Of a DNA stretch of 64,000 nt, positions 49,923-60,249 are shown piece after piece (position 1 is the stretch's first letter; each line of letters starts with the position of its first letter). The notes under the pieces were generated by a model. It was not told the DNA's origin. It saw only the letters and a list, made by a program, of their open reading frames with translations, and did no database searches. Origin of the DNA: Alphaproteobacteria bacterium (GTDB taxonomy: Bacteria > Pseudomonadota > Alphaproteobacteria > SP197). Where the stretch lies: positions 324,064 through 388,063 of the forward strand of contig OZ219746.1 of the NCBI GenBank assembly GCA_964291265.2, in the 5' to 3' direction. A program made the translations under genes and the position numbers.

Positions 49923-50618
49923 ATGAGCCCGGCCCGCACGACACCCCTGCCGCTGCCGCGGGCGGGAACCGCCGTCGGCATCGCCACCCGGCTGCGCACG
50001 GCGATTGCCGACGGTATTTATGTTGACGGGGAACGCCTGCCGGCCGAACGGACCCTCGCCGAAGCCTTCTCATGTTCAAGGACCACCATCCGTGCGGCCC
50101 TGCGCCTGCTCTGCGACAACAATCTCGTCTCCCGACGGGCGGGGAGCGGGACGTTCGTCACCTTCAGCCACGACGCCGAGAATCCCGATATTGCCGAAAT
50201 CACCAGCCCTCTCGAGTTGATCGACGTGCGGATTGCGGTGGAACCACACATGGTGCGCCTCGCCACGGTCCACGCCACCATGCGCGATCTCGGCCGCATC
50301 GGCATGGCCCTTGATGCCCTCGAATCATCGGGCGAGCCCAAGTCATTCACGCGCCATGATCGCATCTTCCACCAGACGATTGCCGACGCCACCCACAATC
50401 CGCTGATGTGCTCCTTCTACCGGCGGATCAATCATGTGCGCGGACACAGGCAGTGGAGCGCGATGAAGGACAAGGTGCTGACCGGCCAGGCGATGAATTC
50501 CTACAACCATGATCATCGCCAGCTCTTCGAGGCCCTTGCCGTGCGCGACGCCGATCGCGCCGCCGACATCGTTCTCAGCCACCTGCAGACGGCGCGCCTG
50601 CATCTGGTCGCGACCTGA
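49923..50618 (+). CDS. GntR/FadR family regulator
   Basis: GERLPAERTLAEAFSCSRTTIRAAL, GSGTFV, FCD domain (DRIFH, NPLM); start uncertain. Confidence 0.9.
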   Translation: MSPARTTPLPLPRAGTAVGIATRLRTAIADGIYVDGERLPAERTLAEAFSCSRTTIRAALRLLCDNNLVSRRAGSGTFVTFSHDAENPDIAEITSPLELIDVRIAVEPHMVRLATVHATMRDLGRIGMALDALESSGEPKSFTRHDRIFHQTIADATHNPLMCSFYRRINHVRGHRQWSAMKDKVLTGQAMNSYNHDHRQLFEALAVRDADRAADIVLSHLQTARLHLVAT

Positions 50619-50982
50619 CCTCTCCGGGCTCGCGCAGCCGCGTGATCTCGACTCCGGCAGCGCGAGCCGCTGCCACGGCATCGGGTTTGACGGCGCGCAC
50701 GGTGACCGTGCCGACGTGCGGCAACTCCAGGCAGGCTGCCGCCAGGTCTTCGGCAAAGTCCTCGACCAGACGGATGTGACCGCGGCCAATGATGTCTTCT
50801 GCCCGCAGGACGATGTCCCGGTAATCGACGGTGGTCTCGAGGCGCCCGGTCTTCCACGGCGCACCTTCGAGTTCAAGCGTGACATCGACGATGAGCGGCT
50901 GTCTGGCCGCAGCCTCGTGATCGAGGACGCCTATCGATGCCTCGAGTTCCAGGGCTTCGATGAAGACGCGCGTGCGGGTCAT
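50575..50982 (-). CDS. folB: Dihydroneopterin aldolase
   Basis: IGVLDHE...QPL, TVDYR, LVEDFAE, KPDA...GVEI. Confidence 0.88.
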   Translation of the reverse strand: MTRTRVFIEALELEASIGVLDHEAAARQPLIVDVTLELEGAPWKTGRLETTVDYRDIVLRAEDIIGRGHIRLVEDFAEDLAAACLELPHVGTVTVRAVKPDAVAAARAAGVEITRLREPGEVRSRPDAGAPSAGG

Positions 50983-51743
50983 GTCACGTCGGGTCCGAGC
51001 GGGTAGCCGCCCGGGGGATGTTGCCAACCTAGGCGTTGGCCGCCATCGAGATGAATGACCTGCCCCGTCACGGACGGCGCCTGGATGAGGAATCGCAGGG
51101 CATCGCAGACTTCCTCCGGGGATGTCCCGCGGCCCAGAGGAAAGCGGGCGGTCCATCGGGCCATGGCGGCGTCATCGCTCCTGTGGTCCGGAAGGGCCAT
51201 GCCCGGGGCAATGCCGTTGACCCTGACCGCCGGAGCGAGTTCCAGCGCCCATGTCCGGGTCATCGCCTCGAGTGCCACCTTCGAGGCCGTGTAGGACATG
51301 TAACGGGGTGTTGGATTGGCAACGCGCTGGTCGAGCAGGTTGATGACGCACCCCTGTTCCGGGGAAGGCAGCAGTTCGGCGAAGGCACGGGTGAGCAGCA
51401 TGGGCGCGACGAGATTGGTGTTGAGGTTGGCATCGATGGTGTCAGGGTCTGCGGTACGCACGCCGTCATCGACGAAAACGGCGGCATTGTTCACCAGAAG
51501 CGTCACGGGGCCGAGCGCTTGGGTGGCCTCCCTGACGAGCGCTGCCGGTGCCTGGCGATCGGTGAGGTCGCCACTGATCGCCACGGCCTTTCCGCCCTTG
51601 CCCGTGATGTTGCGGGCCTCGGCGCTCGCATCGGCGAAGGACATCCGGGCAGCCAGGGCGACAGACCAGCCGTCGGTCGCCAGCGCCCTCGACATGGCAA
51701 GGCCGAGGCGCCGTCCGGCACCGGTGACAAGGGCGCAACCCAT
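50979..51743 (-). CDS. SDR oxidoreductase (pteridine reductase/FolM-like)
   Basis: TGAGRRLG, LVNNAAVF, YTASK, VNGIAPG; adjacent to folB. Confidence 0.88.
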   Translation of the reverse strand: MGCALVTGAGRRLGLAMSRALATDGWSVALAARMSFADASAEARNITGKGGKAVAISGDLTDRQAPAALVREATQALGPVTLLVNNAAVFVDDGVRTADPDTIDANLNTNLVAPMLLTRAFAELLPSPEQGCVINLLDQRVANPTPRYMSYTASKVALEAMTRTWALELAPAVRVNGIAPGMALPDHRSDDAAMARWTARFPLGRGTSPEEVCDALRFLIQAPSVTGQVIHLDGGQRLGWQHPPGGYPLGPDVT

Positions 51744-51751
51744 GGATTCGT

Positions 51752-53863
51752 CTAGGGTCCCCTGCGCTTGCGAAGCCGCCGCCGCGGCTGGCGCGCCATG
51801 GCGGTCTCGACAGGAGCGTCGCGAAGACCGAGATCGATCGCCTCGAGACGGCGGATCTCGTCGCGCAGGCGTGCAGCTTCCTCGAACTCGAGGTTGCTCG
51901 CGGCCTCGCGCATGCGCCGGCGCAGGTCGTCCATGCGTTCCTCGAACGTGCCGCTCGCGTCAGGGCTGTCCCCGGCGATACCGGTATCGATCGTCACGTG
52001 GTCGGCGTCAGCCATGGTCTGGAGCGAGTCGGGAATGCCCTTGCGTATGGATTCCGGCGTGATGCCGTGTTCCTCGTTCCACGCCATCTGCTTGTGGCGG
52101 CGGCGTTCGGTTTCACCGATCGCCCGTTCCAGGGACTCGGTCATGTGATCGGCATAGAGAATGACCCGCCCGTCCACGTTGCGCGCCGCCCGGCCGATGG
52201 TCTGGATGAGGGAGCGTTCACTCCGCAGAAAGCCCTCCTTGTCCGCATCGAGAATGGCGACGAGCCCGCATTCCGGAATGTCGAGTCCCTCGCGCAGGAG
52301 ATTGATGCCGACCAGGATGTCGAAGGCGCCGAGACGCAGGTCCCTGATGATCTCGATACGCTCGAGGGTGTCGATGTCGGAGTGGAGATAGCGGACACGC
52401 AGCCCGGCTTCCGCCAGGTACTCGGTCAGCGCCTCGGCCATGCGCTTGGTGAGCGTGGTCACGAGAACCCGATGGCCAGCCGCGGTGACTTGAGCGCATT
52501 CGGCCATCAGGTCATCGACCTGGGTCGCCACCGGACGCACGATACACGGAGGGTCGACGAGCCCTGTGGGGCGGATCACCTGTTCGGCGAACACTCCTCC
52601 CGTCCTCTCGAGTTCCCAGGACCCCGGTGTCGCCGACACGAAGATCGACTGCGGGCGCATCGCCTCCCATTCCTCGAACTTGAGGGGACGGTTGTCGACG
52701 CAGCTTGGCAGGCGGAACCCGTACTCGGCGAGTGTCGACTTCCGGTTGAAGTCCCCCTTGAACATGCCGCCGACCTGGGGCACGGCAACGTGGCTCTCGT
52801 CGATGAAGATGATGGCGTTGTCAGGCAGGTACTCCATCAGCGTGGGCGGCGGCTCCCCGGGAGCGCGTCCGGTGAGGAACCTGGAATAGTTCTCGATGCC
52901 GGCGCACATTCCGGTAGCCTCGAGCATTTCCAGATCGAAGGTACAGCGCTGCTCCAGTCTTTCCGCCTCGAGAAACCGGTTGCGTTCGCGAAAGAACGTC
53001 AATCGTTCGCCGAGTTCCACGCGAATCGCCTTGGCCGCCTGGTGCAGGGTTGGCTTGGGAACGATGTAGTGGCTGTTGGGATAGACGACGATCTGCTGCA
53101 TCTCACCCGCGCGTTGTCCGGTAAGGGGATCGAATTCCTCGATACTCTCGATTTCGTCGCCGAAGAGAGAAATGCGCCATGCGCCATCCTCGAGGTGGCT
53201 GGGAAAGATCTCGAGGGAATCACCGCGTACCCGGAAAGCGCCGCGCTGGAAGGCGGTGTCGTTGCGGGTATACTGCAGTTCGACGAGACGACGCGTGATG
53301 GATTCGCGACGATACTCCATGCCCTGTCGCAGGGATATCGTCATCGCCGAATAGCTTTCGACATCACCGATGCCGTAGATGCACGAGACACTGGCGACGA
53401 TGATGGTGTCAGGACGCTCCAGGATCGCCCGGGTGGCCGAGTGGCGCATGCGGTCGATCTGCTCGTTCCGGCTCGACTCCTTTTCGATGTAGGTGTCGGT
53501 CCGTGCCACGTAGGCTTCCGGCTGGTAATAGTCGTAGTAGGAGACGAAGTACTCGACGGCATTGTCCGGAAAGAAGCCCCTGAACTCGCTGTAGAGCTGT
53601 GCCGCGAGGGTCTTGTTGGGCGCCAGCACCAGCGCCGGACGTCCCATGCGCTCGATCACCTGGGCCATGGTGAAGGTCTTGCCGGATCCGGTGACGCCCA
53701 GCAGCACCTGGTCGCGCTCCCCCGCGATGAGTCCGTCCACGAGGTTCCGGATCGCGTCCGGCTGGTCCCCTGCCGGTTCGAAGTCCGCCACCAGGCGGAA
53801 GAGCGACGGTGTCACGGGAGCAAATGGACTGTCGCGCTGAACGGATGGCAGTGTCATGGGCAC
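51752..53863 (-). CDS. uvrB: Excinuclease ABC subunit B
   Basis: [36 protein letters not shown]. Confidence 0.98.
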   Translation of the reverse strand: MPMTLPSVQRDSPFAPVTPSLFRLVADFEPAGDQPDAIRNLVDGLIAGERDQVLLGVTGSGKTFTMAQVIERMGRPALVLAPNKTLAAQLYSEFRGFFPDNAVEYFVSYYDYYQPEAYVARTDTYIEKESSRNEQIDRMRHSATRAILERPDTIIVASVSCIYGIGDVESYSAMTISLRQGMEYRRESITRRLVELQYTRNDTAFQRGAFRVRGDSLEIFPSHLEDGAWRISLFGDEIESIEEFDPLTGQRAGEMQQIVVYPNSHYIVPKPTLHQAAKAIRVELGERLTFFRERNRFLEAERLEQRCTFDLEMLEATGMCAGIENYSRFLTGRAPGEPPPTLMEYLPDNAIIFIDESHVAVPQVGGMFKGDFNRKSTLAEYGFRLPSCVDNRPLKFEEWEAMRPQSIFVSATPGSWELERTGGVFAEQVIRPTGLVDPPCIVRPVATQVDDLMAECAQVTAAGHRVLVTTLTKRMAEALTEYLAEAGLRVRYLHSDIDTLERIEIIRDLRLGAFDILVGINLLREGLDIPECGLVAILDADKEGFLRSERSLIQTIGRAARNVDGRVILYADHMTESLERAIGETERRRHKQMAWNEEHGITPESIRKGIPDSLQTMADADHVTIDTGIAGDSPDASGTFEERMDDLRRRMREAASNLEFEEAARLRDEIRRLEAIDLGLRDAPVETAMARQPRRRLRKRRGP

Positions 53864-53990
53864 AACCTACACGAGGTCAGTGTGAGGTGACAGGTGGTGG
53901 ACTGTCATGTCACGTGCCGAGTATCAAGGCGCGGCCGCATTTGCTACTGAACTCCGGTGGCGGCATGTGAAGGCGGAGGCCTTCGCACCG

Positions 53991-54300
53991 ATGGTTGGCA
54001 TTCAAGTCCTCGACATTCACAAGTGCTCTGGAACGCTCGCGGCGTTGAAGGACGTCGGCATCGACATCACATCAGGCGAAATCGTTGTCCTCGCGGGACC
54101 TTCAGTTTGTGGAAAGTCAACGTTTCTTCGTGTGATATCCGGTCTTGACGTCGCGAGTGTGCGGCCGGATCCATATCGATGGCAGGGACGTTGCGGAGCT
54201 GCCGGCCGAGGATCGGGACATCGCCATGGTATTCCGGTCCTATGCCCTCTATCCGCATATGAGTGTCACGGAAAACATGGGGTTTTCCCTCAAGATTCGC
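53991..54300 (+). pseudogene. Sugar ABC transporter ATP-binding subunit remnant (frameshifted, truncated)
   Basis: GPSVCGKST, frameshift near 54160, then [23 protein letters not shown]; rest missing. Confidence 0.8.
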
Positions 54301-54439
54301 GGCGAGTGCGCACAGATATGGCTGCTTGGAGTTCGGGGCGCTCTGGATTGACCTGTGTTGAACCGCGGAAGGTCACAGCAAACCTGTCCTCCGCCCCTTT
54401 CACTGGCTACTTTCCGGACGGCTTCGTCAAACTGCATTC

Positions 54440-54655
54440 ATCAGCGGATCCGCGAGCGGGAACGCGACGGCCTCGCGCTCGTCGAGATCGTGAAGCTCGA
54501 AGGGCTGGAAGTTGCTCACCAGGATGGTGCCCGTGAAGGCGGTCGCGTTCCGGAAGCGCACCGAACCACTGCCCTGCCTGCTCGCGGGCCGCGTCCTTCC
54601 AGTCCTCGACGAAGACGGCGGTACGCGCGCGAACCTCGTTCCATGAAAGCCGCAT
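54440..54655 (-). pseudogene. Remnant of MmeI/YeeA-like type IIL restriction-methylase N-terminus
   Basis: MRLSWNEVRAR...EDWKDA, QAGQWFGALPERD, and in another frame ILVSNFQPFELHDLDE. Confidence 0.65.
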
Positions 54656-54692
54656 CAGTCAGACCCGACCGCACCGACGGCGGAAGCCTCGA

Positions 54693-55007
54693 TCATGCGT
54701 GCAACGCACCCGCACTCCGTCCGGCGGCAACCCGGTCCCGGCGCGCCTGTGCAAGCTCGTAGCTCGCCTGCATCCGCATCCAGTGTTCTGCGGTTCCCCA
54801 GCCGATATCCTCCAGCGCCAGCGCCATGTTGGCCGACACCCCCGCCTTGCCGTTCAGCAGGCGCGACAGCGTTCCGCGCTCGCAGCCGAGCCGAGCCGCC
54901 GTACCGGTCACGTTCCAGCCCACATCGTCCATGCTTTCGCGGATGAGTTCGCCCAGATGCGGCGGGTTCAGCATCGGGCCGACGCAATCTCCTGCAATAT
55001 CGTTCAT
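54693..55007 (-). CDS. HigA-family antitoxin
   Basis: NPPHLGELIRE, LSRLLNGKAGVSANMALAL, WMRMQASYEL. Confidence 0.88.
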   Translation of the reverse strand: MNDIAGDCVGPMLNPPHLGELIRESMDDVGWNVTGTAARLGCERGTLSRLLNGKAGVSANMALALEDIGWGTAEHWMRMQASYELAQARRDRVAAGRSAGALHA

Positions 55008-55024
55008 GGTCACACTCCCTCCGG

Positions 55025-55136
55025 TCAGTGATAGTTGATCAGGTCCACGTCCACGACCTCGCCGTCCTCGAAGCGGAACACCACACGCCAGTTGCCGGAG
55101 ACGCGAATGCTCCACTGGCCCGAACGGTCTCCGCAA
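55025..55136 (-). pseudogene. HigB (RelE-like killer) toxin C-terminal fragment
   Basis: GDRSGQWSIRVSGNWRVVFRFEDGEVVDVDLINYH-stop; N-terminal half absent. Confidence 0.8.
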
Positions 55137-55279
55137 GTGCGCGGCGGGTGCTGTCTCTCATGCGCCGCTCGGGCTGAATGCCGATGGCACACCGGCTTGC
55201 ATCGCCCGACGGGTAGAGCGGTCAGGAAGCGCGATTGGAAAGCCGTTCGGCGCGGTGGCTCTCCCCCCGCATCGATTGC

Positions 55280-56554
55280 TCACAGGTGTTCAAGGCCGCA
55301 CCAGCCGGCGATGAAGCGGGCGATCGTGCGGGTGACCTGGCGGCACGAGTCGAGATTGACCCGCTCGTCGAAGCCGTGAATATTCTCGGCAAGCGGGCCG
55401 TAGACCAGTGCCGGGATGCCGGCGTAGAGACCGAAGAACCGAGCATCCGTGGTGCCGGTCAGCGGCAGCGCCGCCAGGTCCTCGCCGAAGACCTGCTTGT
55501 GGCTGTCGGCCAGTACGCCCTCTGCATCGCTTCCCTCTTCGAGAACGTAACCCTCGGCCTGGAACCCGTCCCACACGATGTTCGGCGGATTGTTGGCAAG
55601 GAACCCGTCGCTGCGGGCGGCCTCGGCGATACAGGTCTCCACCTCGGCCCGGGCGCCGGCGAGATCGGTCCCGGGAAACACGCCCACCCTCATGTCGAAG
55701 CGGCACCAGGCCGGGACGCTCGATGCCCAGTCTCCACCCTCGATGCGGCCGACATTGAAATTGAGCGGGTGGGTCATGCCGGCATAGCGTTCGTGCCCTG
55801 CCGCGTTCCACCGGTCCTCGAGCGCGTGGAGGGCGTTGACAAGGCGCCAGGCGGCCTCGATGGCATTGGCGCCGCTGCCGGCACGGGAGACATGAACAGT
55901 GTGTCCGCGCACGTGGCACTGGAACCACATGACACCGACCTGCGATCGCAGCAGCCCGTGGCCCATGGGTTCGGGGATGAGCGCGGCGTCGGCGAGATAG
56001 CCGCGCTGGCGGCAGGCGAGCGCCCCGTTTCCCGTGCATTCCTCCTCGATCACGGCCTCGATGGAGACGTCCGATGCCGGACGAAAGCCGGCGAGCCTGA
56101 TGGCATCGAGAGCAAAGAGTCCGCAGACCCAGCCCGCCTTCATGTCGCCGGCGCCGCGCCCGTGCATCCAGCCATCCTTCACCACCGGTTCGAACGGGGG
56201 TGTCGACCACATGTCGTGCGGCCCTTCGGGCACGACATCGATGTGACCGTTGATGATCAGCGAGCGGCCTCCGGGTGTGCTGCTGCGCAACGTGCCGACG
56301 CTGACCCAGGCGTCGTCGTAGTCGTCCAGCTTGGGCGAATAGCCCGGCATGTCGCGAATGTCCTCGTTTCTGATCTGCCAGCGATCGACGGCAAGCCCCC
56401 GTGCTGCCAGGGCGTGTGTGATGAAGTCCTGGGCGGTCGCTTCCTGCCCTCTCAGCGAGGGCAGACGCACGAGGTCGCCGGTGAAGGCGACCTGTTCGTC
56501 GAAGCCCGCCTCGACCGCTGCGTCGAGCCGTGCTCCCGTGTGCTTGTCTATCAT
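55280..56554 (-). CDS. ArgE/DapE (M20) family deacylase
   Basis: NGHIDVVP, GRGAGDMKAG, IEEECTGNG, HGFDERV. Confidence 0.92.
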   Translation of the reverse strand: MIDKHTGARLDAAVEAGFDEQVAFTGDLVRLPSLRGQEATAQDFITHALAARGLAVDRWQIRNEDIRDMPGYSPKLDDYDDAWVSVGTLRSSTPGGRSLIINGHIDVVPEGPHDMWSTPPFEPVVKDGWMHGRGAGDMKAGWVCGLFALDAIRLAGFRPASDVSIEAVIEEECTGNGALACRQRGYLADAALIPEPMGHGLLRSQVGVMWFQCHVRGHTVHVSRAGSGANAIEAAWRLVNALHALEDRWNAAGHERYAGMTHPLNFNVGRIEGGDWASSVPAWCRFDMRVGVFPGTDLAGARAEVETCIAEAARSDGFLANNPPNIVWDGFQAEGYVLEEGSDAEGVLADSHKQVFGEDLAALPLTGTTDARFFGLYAGIPALVYGPLAENIHGFDERVNLDSCRQVTRTIARFIAGWCGLEHL

Positions 56555-58044
56555 CGCGCTTCTCCCGGCCTCTCCACGAGTGTGCGCCGCACCGCATCCT
56601 GCCAGCCCTGGTAGCGCCTGTCGGCCTCGGCGCGCTCCATGGTTGGCATGAACCGCCTGTCGCCCTGCCAGGTGCTGGCGAACGTGTCCATGTCCGGCCA
56701 CACGCCTGCCTGGTGTCCCGAAAGCCAGGCGACTCCGAGTGCGGTCGCCTCGACGTTCGCCATCCGGTTGACAGGCATGGCAAGGGTGTCGGCAAGAAAC
56801 TGCATGGCGAAGTCGTTGGCACTCATCCCGCCGTCGACCCGGACGACGGGGCTGTCGTCAGCCGATGCCTGGTCATCAAGCATGGCGCCAAGGAGATCGC
56901 GGACCTGGTAGGCGAGACTCTCGAGGGCGGCGCGCACCAGTTCGGCCCTGCCGGTCGCCCGGGTGAGCCCGTGGATGGCACCGCGGCATTCTGCATCCCA
57001 CCATGGCGCGCCGAGGCCGGTGAACGCGGGCACCAGGTAGGGTGTGTGGATCGGATCGGCAACTTCGGCGAGTGCCGGGGTCTCGCCCGCATCACGGATC
57101 ACTCCGAGATCGTCGCGCAGCCATTGCACGACCGTACCGGCATTGAAGATCGACCCTTCCAGCGCATAGCAGCGTTCGCCGGCGAGCTGCCAGGCGACAG
57201 TCGTCAACAGCCGCCCTTTCGAGACCACCGGATCTCTTCCGATGTTGAGAAGAACAAAGCAGCCGGTACCGCAGGTCACCTTCATCATTCCCGGCCGGAA
57301 GCAGGCCTGACCGATGCAGGCTGCCTGCTGATCGCCCGCCACCCCGCGAACGGGAATGTTCCCGACTGACGAGGTGCCATAGTCGTCGGCACAGTCCCGC
57401 ACGTCGGCGAGCATGGATCCCGGCACACCAAGAAGGTGGCAGAGATCGTCATCCCATCGCCCTTCCCGGATGTTGTAGAGCATGGTGCGAGAGGCGTTGG
57501 TGGCGTCGGTGGCGTGGACCTTGCCACCGGTCAGGTGCCACAGCAGGTACGTGTCAATGGTGCCGGCCAGAAGGTCACCGCGTTCGGCACGTTCTCTGGC
57601 GCCTTCGACATGGTCGAGAATCCAGGCGATCTTGGTGCCCGAGAAATAGGGATCCGGCAGCAGGCCCGTGCGCTCGGCAATCAGGATGGTGTGGCCTTCG
57701 TCGGCAAGTCGGCGGCATGTGCCGGAGGTCCTGCGATCCTGCCACACTATGGCAGGAGCAACTGGCCGGCCGGAAGCGCGATCCCAGACGACCACGGTTT
57801 CGCGTTGGTTGGTGATGCCCATGGCGGCGATGGACGAGGGATCGGCGCCGGACTCGGCCAATACCTTGCGCAGGACCTCGATGCTGGTTGCGAGGATGTC
57901 GTCGGGATCCTGTTCAACCCTGCCGGGCCGTGGAAAGTTCGACCTTGTTTGCCTGCTCGCCTGGCACACGCTGCGCCGGTTGCCATCATGGAGAATGGCG
58001 CGACTCGAAGTCGTGCTCTGGTCGAGTGCGACAATGAATGCCAC
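56551..58044 (-). CDS. glpK: Glycerol kinase
   Basis: DQSTTSSR, GITNQRET, WQDRRT, TNASRT, GDQQAA, GLGAPWW. Confidence 0.88.
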   Translation of the reverse strand: MAFIVALDQSTTSSRAILHDGNRRSVCQASRQTRSNFPRPGRVEQDPDDILATSIEVLRKVLAESGADPSSIAAMGITNQRETVVVWDRASGRPVAPAIVWQDRRTSGTCRRLADEGHTILIAERTGLLPDPYFSGTKIAWILDHVEGARERAERGDLLAGTIDTYLLWHLTGGKVHATDATNASRTMLYNIREGRWDDDLCHLLGVPGSMLADVRDCADDYGTSSVGNIPVRGVAGDQQAACIGQACFRPGMMKVTCGTGCFVLLNIGRDPVVSKGRLLTTVAWQLAGERCYALEGSIFNAGTVVQWLRDDLGVIRDAGETPALAEVADPIHTPYLVPAFTGLGAPWWDAECRGAIHGLTRATGRAELVRAALESLAYQVRDLLGAMLDDQASADDSPVVRVDGGMSANDFAMQFLADTLAMPVNRMANVEATALGVAWLSGHQAGVWPDMDTFASTWQGDRRFMPTMERAEADRRYQGWQDAVRRTLVERPGEAR

Positions 58045-58125
58045 CCTTGCGTGTTCCTTCCATCTTCCGGGATGCTATCCCGGTTGACGGCGTCCCGACA
58101 ATGAACATCCGGAGGCAAGACGCCC

Positions 58126-60192
58126 ATGGTCCGTGATCCGCAGTACGGCATCCTGTTCGAACCGGTGGCCATAGGACCGGTCACGGCGCGCAATCGCTTC
58201 TACCAGGTGCCCCACTGCAACGGCATGGGAACCCACTATCCCAGCGCCATGGCGGCCATGCGCGGCATGAAGGCCGAGGGTGGCTGGGCGGTGGTCTCCA
58301 CCGAAGAGTGCGATTTCCATCACACCGGCGACATCACGCCGGCCATCGAGGCCCGCCTGTGGACCCGCCAGGACATTCCGATCATGGCAAGAATGGTCGA
58401 CAGCGTGAAACGCCACGGCGCACTGGCGGCGTGTGAACTGGTCTACGGCGGCATGGCCGGTCATAACCGACTGTCGCGCGAGGTGGCCATGGCGCCGGTC
58501 GCCATCCCCCTGCAGGACGGGGACCCGGGTCAGGCACGGGCCATGGACCGTTCCGACATCGCCCGTTTTCGGCATTGGCACCGTCAGGCCGTGTTGAGGG
58601 CCAGGGAAGCCGGATTCGACATTGTCTATGTCTATGCCGGACACAACCTGTGCCTGCTGCAGCACTTCCTGTCGCGGCGCTACAACACGCGAACAGACGA
58701 GTACGGTGGATCGATCGAAAACAGAGTGCGCCTGATTCGCGAGGTTCTCGAGGACACGAAGGAGGCCGTCGGCGACACCATGGGCGTTGCCCTGCGTCTG
58801 GCAGTCGATGAACTGGAGGGCGATGACGGCATCACATCGGACGGTGACGGCCGTGCCGCGGTCGAACTGCTGGCCGATCTGCCGGATCTCTGGGATGTCA
58901 ACCTCAGCGAGTGGGAAAACGACAGTCAGACGGCCCGATTTGCCGAGGAGGGGTGCCAGGAGGGCTACACGTCCTGGGTGAGGCAGATGACGGGCAAGCC
59001 CGTGGTGACGGTAGGGCGCTACACGTCGGTCGACCGCATGGCGAGCCTGGTCAGGCGCGGCCAGACGGACTTCATCGGTGCCGCCCGGCCATCGATCGCC
59101 GATCCCTTCCTTCCGAAGAAGATCGAGGAGGGGCGCATCGAGGACATCCGCGAGTGCATTGGTTGCAACATCTGCGTTTCGGCCGACTTCATGTCCATGC
59201 CCATGCGCTGCACCCAGAACCCGACCACCGGCGAAGAGTGGCGTCGTGGCTGGCACCCGGAACGTGCCGGCGCCCGGGGCAGCGATTCCAGCGTTCTCGT
59301 GGTCGGTGGCGGGCCCGCCGGCCTCGAGGCGGCAAGGGCACTCGGTGAACGCGGCTACAGGGTGACGCTGGCTGAAGCCGATGACGAACTTGGCGGCCAC
59401 CTCAGGACGCTGACGCGGCTGCCGGGGCTGTCGAGCTGGATGAGGGTGCGCGACTGGAGAGTCGGCCAGTTGCACAAGCTTGCCAATGTCGATATCTACC
59501 CGGGAAGCGAGCTCTCCGGCGATGATATCAAGGGCTTCGGTTTCGACCATGTCGCCATCGCCACCGGTTCTCTCTGGCGCCGTGACGGCGTGGGCCGCTC
59601 GCACCGTCGGCCCATCGACGGAGTTGCGTCCGCTGGTGTGCTCTCGCCGGACGATGTCATGGCGGGTGCCGACCTCGACGATCCGGTGGTCATCTTCGAC
59701 GACGACCATTACTTCATGGCAAGCGTGCTCGCCGAGGTTGCGGTTGCGCAGGGTCGAAGGACGGTCTACGTCACATCGTCGTCTGACGTCGCCCCCTGGA
59801 CCCACAACACCATGGAGCAGGGACGGATTCAGGCGCGCCTCCTCTCGCTCGGTGTCGAACTCGTTCCGGGCCACGACGTGACTGCCATCGGGAGCGCAAC
59901 GGTCGATGTCGCCTGTGTCTACACCGGTCGCGGGCGCTGTCTGGAGCGCGGATCGGTCGTGCTTGTCACCATGCGTGATCCGTGCGACGAACTCCTTGTG
60001 GCACTCAACGATGCTCCCCGGGAGGGCGTCATCAGGAGCGTGGCCGCCATCGGTGATTGTCTGGCGCCGGGACTTCTGGCCTCGGCCGTCTACAGCGGAC
60101 ATCGCTATGCCCGGGAACTCGACACGGATGTGTCTGTCGATTCGCCTCCGTTTCGCAGGGAAGTGGTGGAACTCTCTGACGACTGGCCCTGA
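58126..60192 (+). CDS. Trimethylamine/histamine dehydrogenase-like iron-sulfur flavoprotein (OYE family)
   Basis: RNRFYQVPHCNGMG, YVYAGH, RTDEYGGS, ECIGCNIC...CTQN, GGGPAG. Confidence 0.88.
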   Translation: MVRDPQYGILFEPVAIGPVTARNRFYQVPHCNGMGTHYPSAMAAMRGMKAEGGWAVVSTEECDFHHTGDITPAIEARLWTRQDIPIMARMVDSVKRHGALAACELVYGGMAGHNRLSREVAMAPVAIPLQDGDPGQARAMDRSDIARFRHWHRQAVLRAREAGFDIVYVYAGHNLCLLQHFLSRRYNTRTDEYGGSIENRVRLIREVLEDTKEAVGDTMGVALRLAVDELEGDDGITSDGDGRAAVELLADLPDLWDVNLSEWENDSQTARFAEEGCQEGYTSWVRQMTGKPVVTVGRYTSVDRMASLVRRGQTDFIGAARPSIADPFLPKKIEEGRIEDIRECIGCNICVSADFMSMPMRCTQNPTTGEEWRRGWHPERAGARGSDSSVLVVGGGPAGLEAARALGERGYRVTLAEADDELGGHLRTLTRLPGLSSWMRVRDWRVGQLHKLANVDIYPGSELSGDDIKGFGFDHVAIATGSLWRRDGVGRSHRRPIDGVASAGVLSPDDVMAGADLDDPVVIFDDDHYFMASVLAEVAVAQGRRTVYVTSSSDVAPWTHNTMEQGRIQARLLSLGVELVPGHDVTAIGSATVDVACVYTGRGRCLERGSVVLVTMRDPCDELLVALNDAPREGVIRSVAAIGDCLAPGLLASAVYSGHRYARELDTDVSVDSPPFRREVVELSDDWP

Positions 60193-60249
60193 ATCCCTGC
60201 GCTGGCCCGGGCAGACGCTGGTCCGTTTCCGCCCTGTCTTCCCGTCCGG

